NCBI RefSeq assembly: GCF_031769215.1 | Contig: NW_026782002.1 | Location: 434,001 to 498,000, forward strand | Direction of reading: 5' to 3' | From: Ylistrum balloti | Taxonomy: Eukaryota | Length of the DNA: 64,000 nucleotides | Shown here: piece by piece, positions 25,001-35,649 of the stretch | Layout: each line of letters starts with the position of its first letter | Position numbering within the stretch: position 1 is the first letter of the stretch | The notes under the pieces: model-generated | What the model was told of the DNA's origin: nothing | Seen by the model: the letters and a program-made list of their open reading frames with translations, nothing else | Database searches by the model: none | Program-made: the position numbers and the translations under genes

Positions 25001-28000
25001 CAGATACACATTCTCAAGTTTGATGAACGCGAGCTGGATATCTGGAGTGATCTCTCTCACCCAAATATTGTCCAACTTTATGGGGCTTTACGTCATGGAC
25101 ACAACATCTATATTGTGGAGGAGTTTATAGATGGTAAGAGTTTATCACAAAAGCTGGTGTACGTAATTGACTTTCAAAAATCTATCTGTATTTGGATAAT
25201 GAAACATTATATATTAACATTGTGAAATTCTTGCAAACTCCATTTTTTAAAAAGTTAAGTGATTTCTTCAATTTCATTAGTATTTTACAGTTTTTGTTTT
25301 GTGTAATGTTGAATTGAATTTTTATCTCACCATCATCAGATGGTGGGGTATTCAAATCGCCCTGCCTGTGGTCCGTCCACCTAGGCGTCCATCTGTCGTC
25401 CGTCCATCCATCTGTCAGTAAACAATTATTGTTACTGCTATTTCTGGAAAAGTACTGGATGGATCTTTCTCAAATTTCATATGCAGGTTCCCCTTGGTCC
25501 CTAGTTGTGCATTGTACCTTTTTGGGACTGATTCGAATTCAAGATGGCCGACAGGTGGCCATCTTGGATTTTGGAAGTAAAAGTTTGTTACCGCTATTTC
25601 TTGGAAAGTACTGGATGGATCTTTCTCAAATTTCATATGCAGGTTCCCCTTGGTCCTTAGTTGTGCATTGTACCTTTTTTGGATTGATTCGAATTCAAGA
25701 TGGTCGACAGGTGGCCATCTTGGATTTTGGATGTAAAAGTTTGTTACTGCTATTTCTTGGAAAGTACTGGATGGATCTTTCTCAAATTTCATATGCAGGT
25801 TCCCTTTGGTTCCAAGTTGTGCATTGTACCTTTTTGGACTGATCTGAAATCAAGATGGCTGACAGGCAGCCATCTTGGATTTTGAGAGTAAAATCTTGTT
25901 ACTGCTATATCTGAGGAAGTACTGGATGGATCCTTCTGATATTTCATAGATATTAGTCCCTAGTTGTGCATTGTACCTTTTTTGGACTGATTTGAAATCA
26001 AGGTGGCCCACAGGCCGCCATCTTGGATGTCGACAGTAATACAGCACAAGCATATTGTCCATTATCCACCTGTAACTGACTGCTATCTAATAACACTTTG
26101 GGATCTTTTTCAAATGATATTTGCTAATAAGTGCTTAATAAAAATATCTTGTGCCATCATTGAGTACATTCAATGAAGACCAGTTCATGAACATTTACAA
26201 CACCTGTAACAAACAAAACAAAATAAACAAATCTTCAAGAACTGAAAATAGATCCTCAAATGGTGGGTGCCAAGATCCCTCTGGGATCTCTTGTTTCCTC
26301 TCTAAAAATTTATTTTTGTCTGTTTTTCTTATAATAACACCATTATAACATCTAAGTAAATATGAATCAGTACCTACTTTTGTAATTTGATTCACACCTG
26401 TTTGACATCATCTATATTAAACCATTAAGCATTTTATATATTAGTAATATACACTGTAGCTCGAGAGGCTGTATCAGGACGAGGCACTGCCTTTATTATG
26501 CATGGGTCAAAAAATTAATTCCTACATTAAAAATGATTGTGAACTATGAAATGTCTCAGATGATAAAGTATTGAGTTTTGAGGGGTCAAGATTGTGAACT
26601 ATGAAATGTCTCAGATGATAAAGTATTGAGTTTTGAGGGGTCAATTTTTTTGCTTTTGAAGATGAAATTAAATTGGAAAAAAGATCACTTGAAAAGCAAT
26701 ATTAAATTAATCAAGAAAAGAATTGTCAGTTTTAGCACTTGTAATAAAAACACATCCCCGTTGCATCAAGCATTTCCTAAAACAGAGCAAATTCAAACAA
26801 TCAGAGAAATATTTCTTTCTTAGCCGTAGCTGTATTCTATGTACAGGCATTTAAATTTTTTTAATTTTAATTTTAAATTTGATTAATTTTGCACAGTCTG
26901 CAGGGGGTCTTCACACCGCTAGTTTAATTCTGATCTTGTTTGTGTACAGGAGGGTGTCTGACGGAAACTATCAACCTACAAAAGGAAACTGGACATCGTC
27001 TGAGTCACTGGACTGCAATGAATTACCTGGAGCAGATTCTCACTGTCTTGGTCTACCTTGAGAAACGGTCTATCATACATGAGGATATCAAAGGTACCAT
27101 TATGATAAAACAAATCTAAAAATTTAAGGCTCGTTGAAATGAAGAATTTAATTTCGTAAATCAATTATAAAAAGGAAGCAAATTTTTTATCACATAATCA
27201 ATTGTCTTGACAATTGTTGCACAAAATGTACATTTCCTTGTCAAACTTGAAGTGTTCTTGACTCAATGTCAGCTTGAGTATATTCCCCTGAATTTAATCT
27301 TGTGATAATTATGTATATATAAACAGGATGTTAGATAATGAAGAGTTTTCTTTTCATATATTTTATGAAACAACTTTTTAAGATGATTTTCTTTAAGTCT
27401 CATTTGAAATGAAAAAAAAAAAAAAAATTTAAGATGCTTTTTATCTCTTAGTTGAAAAATTACTCTTGATAGGTTTTTAAATGAAAATGTAGACTCAGGA
27501 CAAAATCTGAAGAAGACATCCCTTTTTTTGGTGCCATTTTCATTTCAAGACATAACGTCATTCTCCATATGATGACATCACAATCAATTTCTAACTGGCA
27601 CAGCCAATCAAAAACATTCCACATTATGTAATGCTAGTGATGAAAAATATGATATGAGTGCATCAACTGGATAATAGGCATATTATGTGATATACATAGA
27701 TGTATTCGATTTTCAATTTCAGCTGATAATATCCTTTTACGAAAGGGTACCACTAAAATTGTGGTCACGGATTTTGGAGTAGCACGCCGCTTGGAACATG
27801 CTTTAAGAGAGGTCAGTCCTGTTGGAACTCCAACTAGCTTTAGTCCAGAGAAGGCCAAGGGCCAAGGTCATGGAGCGAGGTCAGATGTGTGGGCAGCCAT
27901 TTGTGTCCTTATCCACATGCTGAGTGGTTGGCCCCCATGGGTCAGGCGATATGGAGGTGTTAGCACACTCAATTTCATTGTAAGTCATGTTGTGAAGTTG

Positions 28001-31000
28001 ATCACCTCTTCTTGTATCGTTGTACATATTTCCTATTTTTCAGTATGAAAATCAAAAGTTAACAATTATACTAAATAAGGCTTTATTGATTTCATTTTCC
28101 TAGGACATATAAAACTCCAGAAAAGTTGTCAAAGACAGAAAAATGCTTTCACAGCTACAAAACTTTTGGGGAAAAAAGAGGGAATGAATGAAAAAATGCC
28201 TTTTTTATCTGTCTGTAAGCCTTGAGGGCCTAAACAAGACAACAGTATGTTTGCTGGCATTTCTTCCAAATCTTGTAGGCGGGCTTATTACCAGGCAGGG
28301 AATTGTTGCTGGACAAAGATGATTTGTTGGCTGATATATGGTAGTAACTGTAATTACTAGCAGTGTTCAGACTTCTTATCGATACAATAAATCACAATAT
28401 ATGACAGTGGCTTTGTGGAAAGACAAAGTCACAGTGTGACTCCATTGTTTGTCCTTAATGGTGCTGAGGATGACTATTTTTAGTTTGTTTTGAACAATAT
28501 TAATTTAACAAGAGATCCCACGGGGATCATGGCACCTACCATTGTTTGATATTTATTTTTTCTTTGAAAGGCAGATCTTTTTCCTTCTTTCCTATTCTTG
28601 TCTTTATTTCTGCTCTTTATCGCATCAGATTTTCAATAATCCTGCAGTCGTCTCTGATAATGGGGTTTAAAATAACATACGCATTGGTTCTTGACAATAA
28701 ATTTCAATACTTTGGAAATAAATTTCATTGTTCGGTTGACAGATTGCAGATAGAGAACCTCCTATCAAAGATCTGCCTGGGAATGTTAGTCGAGATGTTT
28801 ACAAGCTGGTTGAGGATGCTCTTAAGAAGGATCCGAAGGCACGTCCCTCTGCCAGTCAACTATTGAAACATGAGGCCTTTGATATTCTGACAGGTAATCC
28901 AGTGGTGACAATATATAGATATATATATAGGTGTTATGAAATAAAAATGTATGAATTCATTGATCAGGATATTCATTTGTGATTTTACAAAATTTCAGAC
29001 CTAATTCTCTATCATCAGTTTTGGTAGCCATCACTCAGTAATGGATTTCAGTATTTGTGAGGACAACCTACATCAAAATTTAGGAAATAGAATACACAGA
29101 ATAAACAGTTTCCTTATCCTAGAGTTATTGCGATAGTGTGGAATTCTGTAATATTTACTTTGTGTTACAGGGGGATCAGCTCCAGAAACATTTGTGTCCG
29201 TGCTTGAACCTCGACTAAACACAGATATCAAAATCTCCAATGACGTAGATCAGGCTGTGATTGATGAGGTCAAGGTCCAATATCAACCACAGAATATGTT
29301 GTCCGCATTTCAGAATGCCACTGCAGACTCAAAGAATGATTCTTCAGGAACAGAGAGCACTTCAACTTTGACTCCAGGCTCAACTGTATCACACTGTACA
29401 GGGGCTTCCAAAGCATATTCATCTTGGACTGGTAATGATTGTACAAAGACTACTCAAGGAGCAAGACCCAAAACCACCAGATTAGACTTATTGCCACACG
29501 GATCCATTGGCAGTGCCAAACCCAAACCTAAGTTAGATTTACCTTCAGGTGGATTCAGTGGCCTTGGAGGTGGTGAAATACAGACATCTATGGGAATGGT
29601 CACTCCATGCCATCCTCCAACTGTCCCTCAGACTACACGTAACTTGCCTCCAAGTTACCACAGTGATATAAGTGAATTTGGCGTGATGGGACCGCCTGAT
29701 CCAGCAAAGTATATACAAATAGATCAAGAAACGATTTTTCGAAAGTATATCAATGATGATGGAGGAACAGGAGAAAATTTGTTTCAGAAATACAAGACCA
29801 TTCTTGAGTTGTATGAACCAGATCCAGAGAGCAATTCCGATTCGGGTGAAGATATCAATGACACACTCCAGAAGTTAGACAGAGGTTTTACCAATATACC
29901 AGATTTTCAGAAGCTGCTTGGAACTGCAGTGGATAATGATTATCAGCAAGAACGAGCATCTATGCCTGACATTGTACACCAGATGGTAGTTGATGCCCTG
30001 AAATATAATATGAAAGATGCTTCAGGGGAGATAATTAACAGGAATGCTAATGGAGCACTACCAATCAGCTATGATAGATCTGCAGAAGAAGGACAGGAGG
30101 AACAAGAGGAGGAGGTTACTCACTCTAAAGAAATGCCTAACTTTGGGTCTTTGCTCAGTGAAAGACAGGACACCAACTCTAACAATGAAAATTTACCATT
30201 CTTACCAACTGTTTTGAATTCTCTAGATGACCAGCCGACACTGACTGACCACAAGTCTTCTGCGAGTGAGAATTCCATACAGGAAGGTAGTGAATCCGGT
30301 GAGGATCTAAGAACACAGAATGTCTCAAGTTCCACAGAAGATGTCCAAAGTTCTGGAAAAGAGGAAAGTTTAAATAGAATTCAATCAGATCCATCCAACA
30401 GTTTGCAAGAATTGGATCCAAATGATTCATCATATCAGAATCCTATGCCAGATGCTAGGTGTATCATACCAGATTTTGACAACCTTATGAGTTCATCGCC
30501 TTTTATAGAAGAAGAGAATATTCCCATTGAGGACTTGTTTGGCTCTGGAGATGAAGAGACTGTTAAAGTTCCCACAATCATCAAATTTATCAATGATGTG
30601 ACTTCAACAGGGCCAGTTAAAAAATATACTGAGCAGTTGTTGGTCATCACTGACAAATCTACTGGTGCTATCACCAAGACAAAAACAACACCACTGCAGC
30701 CAGTTACTGTGGAAAAAGGAAGAGTTCCAGTGGAATCGAATGAGCTAAGTCTGTCCCCTACCAAGTCTCCGTCACCAGTCTCACCAAGGATTTCAACACC
30801 CCTTGGCTCTCCCCCATTCATTAAGCATAACAAGAAACAGCTGCATCTGAATCTGAGCCCCAGCAAGAGGAAGACTGACCGTCAGACTTCAGAACCCCAA
30901 CAGCACTCAAGCCAGTACAAGTCTCCGAACCCAAGGGAAGTCAAGCCTTATTTCACTCCCCAACAACAGATAACATCACCACCTTCCTGGAGAACTGGTA

Positions 31001-32609
31001 ACACACCTCCAAAAAGTGGAGGAACTTCTTCTGCTGGAAAATCAGACTCAAAGTTGGAACAACAAAACAAGGAAAATGAGAACAAGATTGGTAAGTTCTG
31101 ATGGGAAAAAGTTGAAAAGTATGGCTACCGGGCTGTTTTTGATGCTGTGTCATTGTACAGTTTGAATACATGGATTTTAGCTCAATATTGATGTGTAACA
31201 AATAATCACATTTGTGAATTAGCAGTAGTTTTATTTTGAAAGGTTCTTTGGAGTTTTTTACCAAAAAGGCTTAAATTGATGAAGTGATGACGTAGATAAT
31301 TGATTTCTGTAAAACCATGATGGATAATGATCAATTATGTAATTTCTAAGTATTAAAACATTGTTTATGTAATACATTGTACATACAATGTAGTTGCGAA
31401 ATTTATTCTTAGACTACATTTGTTTAACTTACAGCGGAATATTTTGAAGAGATATCACGCCACAGTGAGAATTCAAAGTCACAGATTGATGAACTGGTAA
31501 GAGAAGAATGATTTATTTTACCCACTTTGTTGAAAGGGGTGGGGCAGGGCATATATTTATCACTTTGTTTGTTTGTCTGCCTGTCTGTCCATCCATACGT
31601 CAGTGCAAAGATTTTGTACAAGATATCTTGGGAACCCTTGGACGGATTTAATTCAAATTTACACCATAGCATCACATCATCAGGTTTTACACCTGATCAG
31701 ATTTTGGTAGCCATCAGTCAAGGTTAAAGGTCATAAGTCACCTTTGTTACATTATTACATGTGAAATATAATTTGAACACTGTCCAGAATGTTAACGTTG
31801 TTAAAGTGTTTGTTTTAGCAGTATCATGACTAATCAATCTGTTCACAACATACCATTTTTAGCTCGCCAGGCTTAAATGGCCAAGTGAGCTTCTGCCATA
31901 GTGCGGCGTCCGTCAGTCCATCCGGCGTCCGTCCATGATATTTTCTCCCAAATCATTTTAGCCCTTGTATGATTATACAGGAATTCACCTTATGTTCATT
32001 TCACCCTCTCAGAATTACATTAAAGGGTTATGTTCATGTAGCAAATTTTGTTCCATCTGAACTTCACCCTCCCTTTTCATGGACTAAACAGAACGAAAAT
32101 TAAACAAGAGTGAACATTTCTTGGTATACAGTAAAAGATATTGGAGTTAGGTATGCAATTGCTTATCTTGTAAAGGAAATGACCTACTTGGAATATTTAC
32201 AGATGTGTCAATATCTTAGCTAATTTTCTGCATTTCAGTTAATTAGTATGAGAACTTCTTAAACTCTGAAGGTTCTGTATGTTTAAAAATGAAATTTGAA
32301 TTTAGGCCTATTTAAACATTCACAGGATGATATGTCTGACCCGGATAATGAGGACATCTCCATAGCTAACGATGACGAGGAGGAGTACATGGCCTCATTG
32401 AAGAAGATCCAGATGGAATATGTATCACCAGAAATCAAAAAGTCTGATAGCCAAGGAGCACTGGTTCGTGTGATTACCTCAGAAAAAGAACTCTTCCACA
32501 TCAAACTTCAAGGAGAACATATTCTGAACTCCTGGGAAGTTATAATTGATAAAGAACTGTCAGATAAGGTCAGTTTTTTTCTTTCTTTCTTTCTTTCATT
32601 CTTTCTTTT

Positions 32610-32661
<52 letters not shown>

Positions 32662-33888
32662 TCAATTATTAGCAGTTGTCTCAACTGTACCCCATTAAAT
32701 TTCAATTTTGAAAGCCTGTCACATAATTGCTAAATATCATATGCAATAAAAACATGTGTTTATTGAATTTCCAACATATCTTGATCTTTTATCATCAAAG
32801 ACTTATCACCTCTCTACCAAAACTGGTGACAGAATTAGACATGCATTGTATTACCATCCATACTGTAAAATCAAATATTTTTGTGAGGCTCAAATTTCAG
32901 GGTTTTCCAAAAAAAAAACCTTATTTTTGTTGGCACGTGATTTCATGGATACACCTTACTCACACGATCCACTAGCACTAGAATCAAATTTATGTAAACT
33001 TTTGTTTGTTTTATCTTTTGATGGACATGCAACTTTGTGGATTTAGAGTATGAACAAATTAAACAAAATAATTATCCCACAAAAATTAATGCTTTTACGG
33101 TAAATTCCAAGGTTGATATCCATCCCATAGTATCATGCCATAAAGTTCTGTACCTTATCTGTTACTGCTTTGCAATATATATGTCTTATATACGATTTCT
33201 AGTTAAGACAGTTATTCCAAACTTCTTTAAAATTGCTTTCACAATATTGTGAATTTCTTGTGGACAATTTATTACCATAATGCTCTTGTAGTCCACAGCA
33301 GTGTATTAGTTATTGAAAAAAGGAAATCCATTAATATGATGGAAAAAAGGTTTTATAACCCATATATACTAACACAAATTTTTAAAAACACTATGGTTTT
33401 CCATATTCTAGTTCAAATTGATTTTAAAAAGCCATAATCTCATAATTTTGGACAGGCGACTATGTGAGGTCATGATCAGGCTATTTTTAATTTCTAAAGG
33501 TCACCCTCATGATGTGTTGAGGTTACTGGAGATCATTGATGTCACATACAATGACAAATGAAAAGTTTAGAATTTCTAGTATTGTATATCTTGATTATAC
33601 TGTTGTAAATTGTTTTCATTGGCCAATCAAATGTGCTGTTACATCTCGGATCTGAATTGTTATCATTTTCTATCTTTGTTATTAGTAGTAACTGATTTAA
33701 TTGACTTTCTTTTACAGCTGACTGCAGAGAATATCTCCAATTTCATCTTGGTGGACACGAACGGCGAACCCCTAGATTTAACAGAGAACCCCTGCCGTGG
33801 TGAACAGACCGTCTATGTGAGGGAGCCAGATAACAACAGTCCCTGGAGTTGTCGAGACACTGTCATTCATAAAGCATCTTTCTTCTGA
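13100..33888 (+). CDS. MAP3K14: NF-kappaB-inducing kinase-like MAP3K (NIK/COT family), ~2186 aa, 16 coding exons
   Basis: Exons with GT-AG borders and matching phases: 13100-13674, 15234-16096, 16569-16751, 17731-18095, 19588-19677, 20106-20255, 22225-23343, 23748-23885, 25004-25133, 26950-27093, 27723-27979, 28743-28893, 29171-31090, 31435-31496, 32326-32568, 33718-33888 (TGA). Total 6561 nt. Kinase motifs: EGVILTE (human NIK EGVLLTE), LGTGMSG, CIKK, HPNIVQLYGA, HEDIKADN (NIK HGDVKADN), DFG, GTPTSFSPE, DVWAAICVLIHMLSGWPPW (NIK DVWSSCCMMLHMLNGCHPW), IADREPP (NIK IASEPPP). C-terminal FILVDTNGEPL...PWSCR resembles NIK FSLVTKDGQPV...AWSWR. The 16751/17731 junction is the weakest in the model. 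Confidence 0.85.
18340..19208 (-). mobile_element. Solo LTR (Ty3/Gypsy-like), 869 bp, in a NIK intron
   Basis: Termini TGTA...TACA; perfect 4 bp TSD CAAT (18336-18339 and 19209-19212). CpG-rich compared with the flanks. AATAAA on the minus strand at 18515-18520; CRE TGACGTCA at 19115-19122. No gag/pol ORF. Orientation is inferred. Confidence 0.85.
20820..22070 (+). repeat. Degenerate ~150 bp tandem array, same family as 8940-9990, in a NIK intron
   Basis: AAAATCCTACTCC-like anchors at ~20921, 21064, 21220, 21353, 21491 and 21645. Ends with a HINE-type GATGAGTGATACAGGCCC tail. Confidence 0.65.
22252..22512 (+). other. TAZ-type zinc finger-like domain within the NIK-like protein
   Basis: Pattern C-x8-H-x3-C-x6-C-x2-C-x9-H-x3-C-x11-C-x4-C. 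CBP TAZ2, as recalled, has C-x8-H-x3-C-x7-C-x2-C-x9-H-x3-C-x4-C-x4-C. Flanks IDKCL and CQKIQNKF resemble IQRCI and CLNIKHKL. Confidence 0.7.
23748..28893 (+). CDS. MAP3K14: Ser/Thr kinase domain exons of the NIK-like gene (5 exons)
   Basis: Spliced translation: DKFSIFRTRYQKNFQWIRLTHLGTGMSGKCHLAQDYYTDFKFCIKK/IHILKFDERELDIWSDLSHPNIVQLYGALRHGHNIYIVEEFID/GGCLTETINLQKETGHRLSHWTAMNYLEQILTVLVYLEKRSIIHEDIK/ADNILLRKGTTKIVVTDFGVARRLEHALREVSPVGTPTSFSPEKAKGQGHGARSDVWAAICVLIHMLSGWPPWVRRYGGVSTLNFI/IADREPPIKDLPGNVSRDVYKLVEDALKKDPKARPSASQLLKHEAFDILT. The main catalytic motifs (Gly loop, beta3 Lys, alphaC Glu, HxD, DFG, xPE, DVW) are present. Confidence 0.95.
24195..24520 (+). mobile_element. Degenerate HINE-like copy (25319 family)
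   Basis: Shares AGATGGTGG..AAATTGCCCT..GTAAACAATT..GTTATTGCTATTTCTTGAGAAGT..GCCATTTTGGA. Confidence 0.55.
25319..26035 (+). mobile_element. Helentron-associated (HINE-like) element with ~4 internal 156 bp tandem repeats
   Basis: Starts TTTTATCTCACC, followed by a (GTCC/GTCT)n tract. Unit starts at 25431, 25587, 25743 and 25898. Related shorter copies at ~7133-7300 and ~24195-24520. Confidence 0.7.
26535..26644. repeat. Perfect 55 bp tandem duplication
   Basis: GATTGTGAACTATGAAATGTCTCAGATGATAAAGTATTGAGTTTTGAGGGGTCAA twice (26535 and 26590). Confidence 0.9.
31517..31950 (+). mobile_element. Two short HINE/MITE fragments
   Basis: TTTTTACCCAC..(GTCT/GTCC)n..GGTTAAAGGTCA at 31517-31745; TTTTTAGCTCGCC..GGCGTCCGTC at 31856-31950. 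Confidence 0.5.
32326..33888 (+). other. NIK C-terminal ubiquitin-like domain (last two exons)
   Basis: GALVRVITSEKELFHIKLQGE...FILVDTNGEPLDL...PWSCR aligns by eye to human NIK GVKVQIQSLNGEHLHIRE...FSLVTKDGQPV...AWSWR. Confidence 0.7.
32578..32662. repeat. (CTTT)n microsatellite just after a NIK splice donor
   Basis: Directly visible; begins about 10 nt after the donor at 32569. Confidence 0.9.
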
Positions 33889-34328
33889 TTGTGGTGGACT
33901 TGAATATTTACTATTCGCCAAGACGGTTTTCCCCAGCTGTAAGGTTTTGTGTCACATGACCAAAACTGGAAGGGTTTCTTCCAGTTTCACTTTTTGTGTT
34001 TCCATCAGAAGAAATAAGAGTGACTGAGATAAAATGACAGTAAAATAAGTTTATTCTTGTTTGATCATGTCTGGTCATTTTACTACAAAAAGTTGCTGTC
34101 TTCAAATTGATTTAAGATCTGGAGATTTTCGTAGAACCAATTAACCCAATAGACCATTTGTCTGTGTATGTACCAGCCACCTGTCTGAATCTACCACCTT
34201 TTTATATCTACCACATGTCTATGTATACCACCTGTCTACTTCCACCATATATCTTAATCCACCATGTTTATATCAACCTCTTGTATGTATCAGCCACCAT
34301 TCTAAATCTACCATATGTCTATATCTAC

Positions 34329-35087
34329 TACCATATTTTCCGGGTAATAAGCTGCATTTGTATATAAGCCACAGAGCTGATTTTTAACATTTTTTCCAAA
34401 TTGATCAACATATTAATTGCACTGGAATATAAGCTGCTCCCTTTCTTACAAAGTAGTGACTGTCACATTGACCAAAGTTTGTTGATATAACAGACAGCAG
34501 AGGGCAATTTATCAAGCTTGTTGGTGAAAGATTTACCGTAATAAAGCTTGCAAATGAATTATATACAGATAATCATTTATCTTATTGATGTGTTTAAAAA
34601 AACGCAAAATAGCAAATATGGAACTCATTTTCAAGCTTGGATGCCTTCACAGATTGTCTACACACAGATACAGGGCCTGATGTAATGTACATTTTACTAA
34701 ACAATTTCTCCATTGGTCAGTGTCTGTACTGCTAAATGTTGATGAAGGCCGTTGCATGCTGACCAAATTCTTAATAGTCCCATATTATTTTTTATTGTAA
34801 GTTACACGATGCTATTAATATTGTAAAAAAGCATGATGGTCAATCTTCAAATTTTCCTGTATAAGACTGAAAATGATAGGTCTAGATGATCTGTTTCAGT
34901 CACAATCATGTGACGGGCAGGTACAGTACAGTCTTGTACTGGGGTTCTGGTACCCTTCCTTCCTTCCATTTTTTTTTTTTAATCCTGCCCATTTCTTTTG
35001 TCCACATATAAACCACACTGGTGTATAAGCCGAAAAGGCCGACTCCCGGGGAAAAAAAGTGTGGCTTATAATCCAGAAAATATGGTT
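34329..35087. mobile_element. MITE with TACCGTA-type terminal inverted repeats (Tc1/mariner-pogo-like)
   Basis: 5' end TACCATATTTTCCGGGTAATAAGC; reverse complement of the 3' end ACCATATTTTCTGGATTATAAGCC. It interrupts an ATCTACCAC-type simple repeat that runs 34160-34328 and resumes at ~35090. Confidence 0.6.
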
Positions 35088-35649
35088 TTATCAACCACCT
35101 GTCTATATCTACCACATGTCGATATCTACCTTCCGTCCCCTAAAAAAATTTCACAGTAGACTGATAGTTTCATCTTTATCTGTATTTGATTTTCTGTTTC
35201 ATGTTTTACTGCTGTACAGAAAACATTTTCATTGATACAAATGAAATATGCACTTGATGTCAGTTTTTAGCTGCTGAATATCATTGCCATCTGTGATAGC
35301 TTTTGATGTGTCCATAGAAATTAACACTTTCTTTTAAATGGGGCCTTGTTCTTGATCTTATCAAGTTTTACAAAGTGTTGAAATAGCAATATATTGGTAT
35401 AGTGGTCTGATAAGCACTTTATAATCTCTTAGTAATCAAATTTTGGTATTCTTACGTATTAACTATTTTGAAAGGTTGATTTTGGTATGCTCTGGTAATT
35501 ATTGATATAGATAACAATGAATTTTAATTACATTGTTGAGAAAAAAGATAAACACAGTTTGTATAACACTTGTATCAGTTATCAGCTTTTGGCTGTCACG
35601 TTTTCCATGTTAGCTTAACCTCATCATATTCTTATCTAATTAGCTAATG

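Noticed and set aside
25415-26062. ORFs with 52 aa repeats
   Set aside because: Translation of the 156 bp internal repeat of a non-autonomous element.
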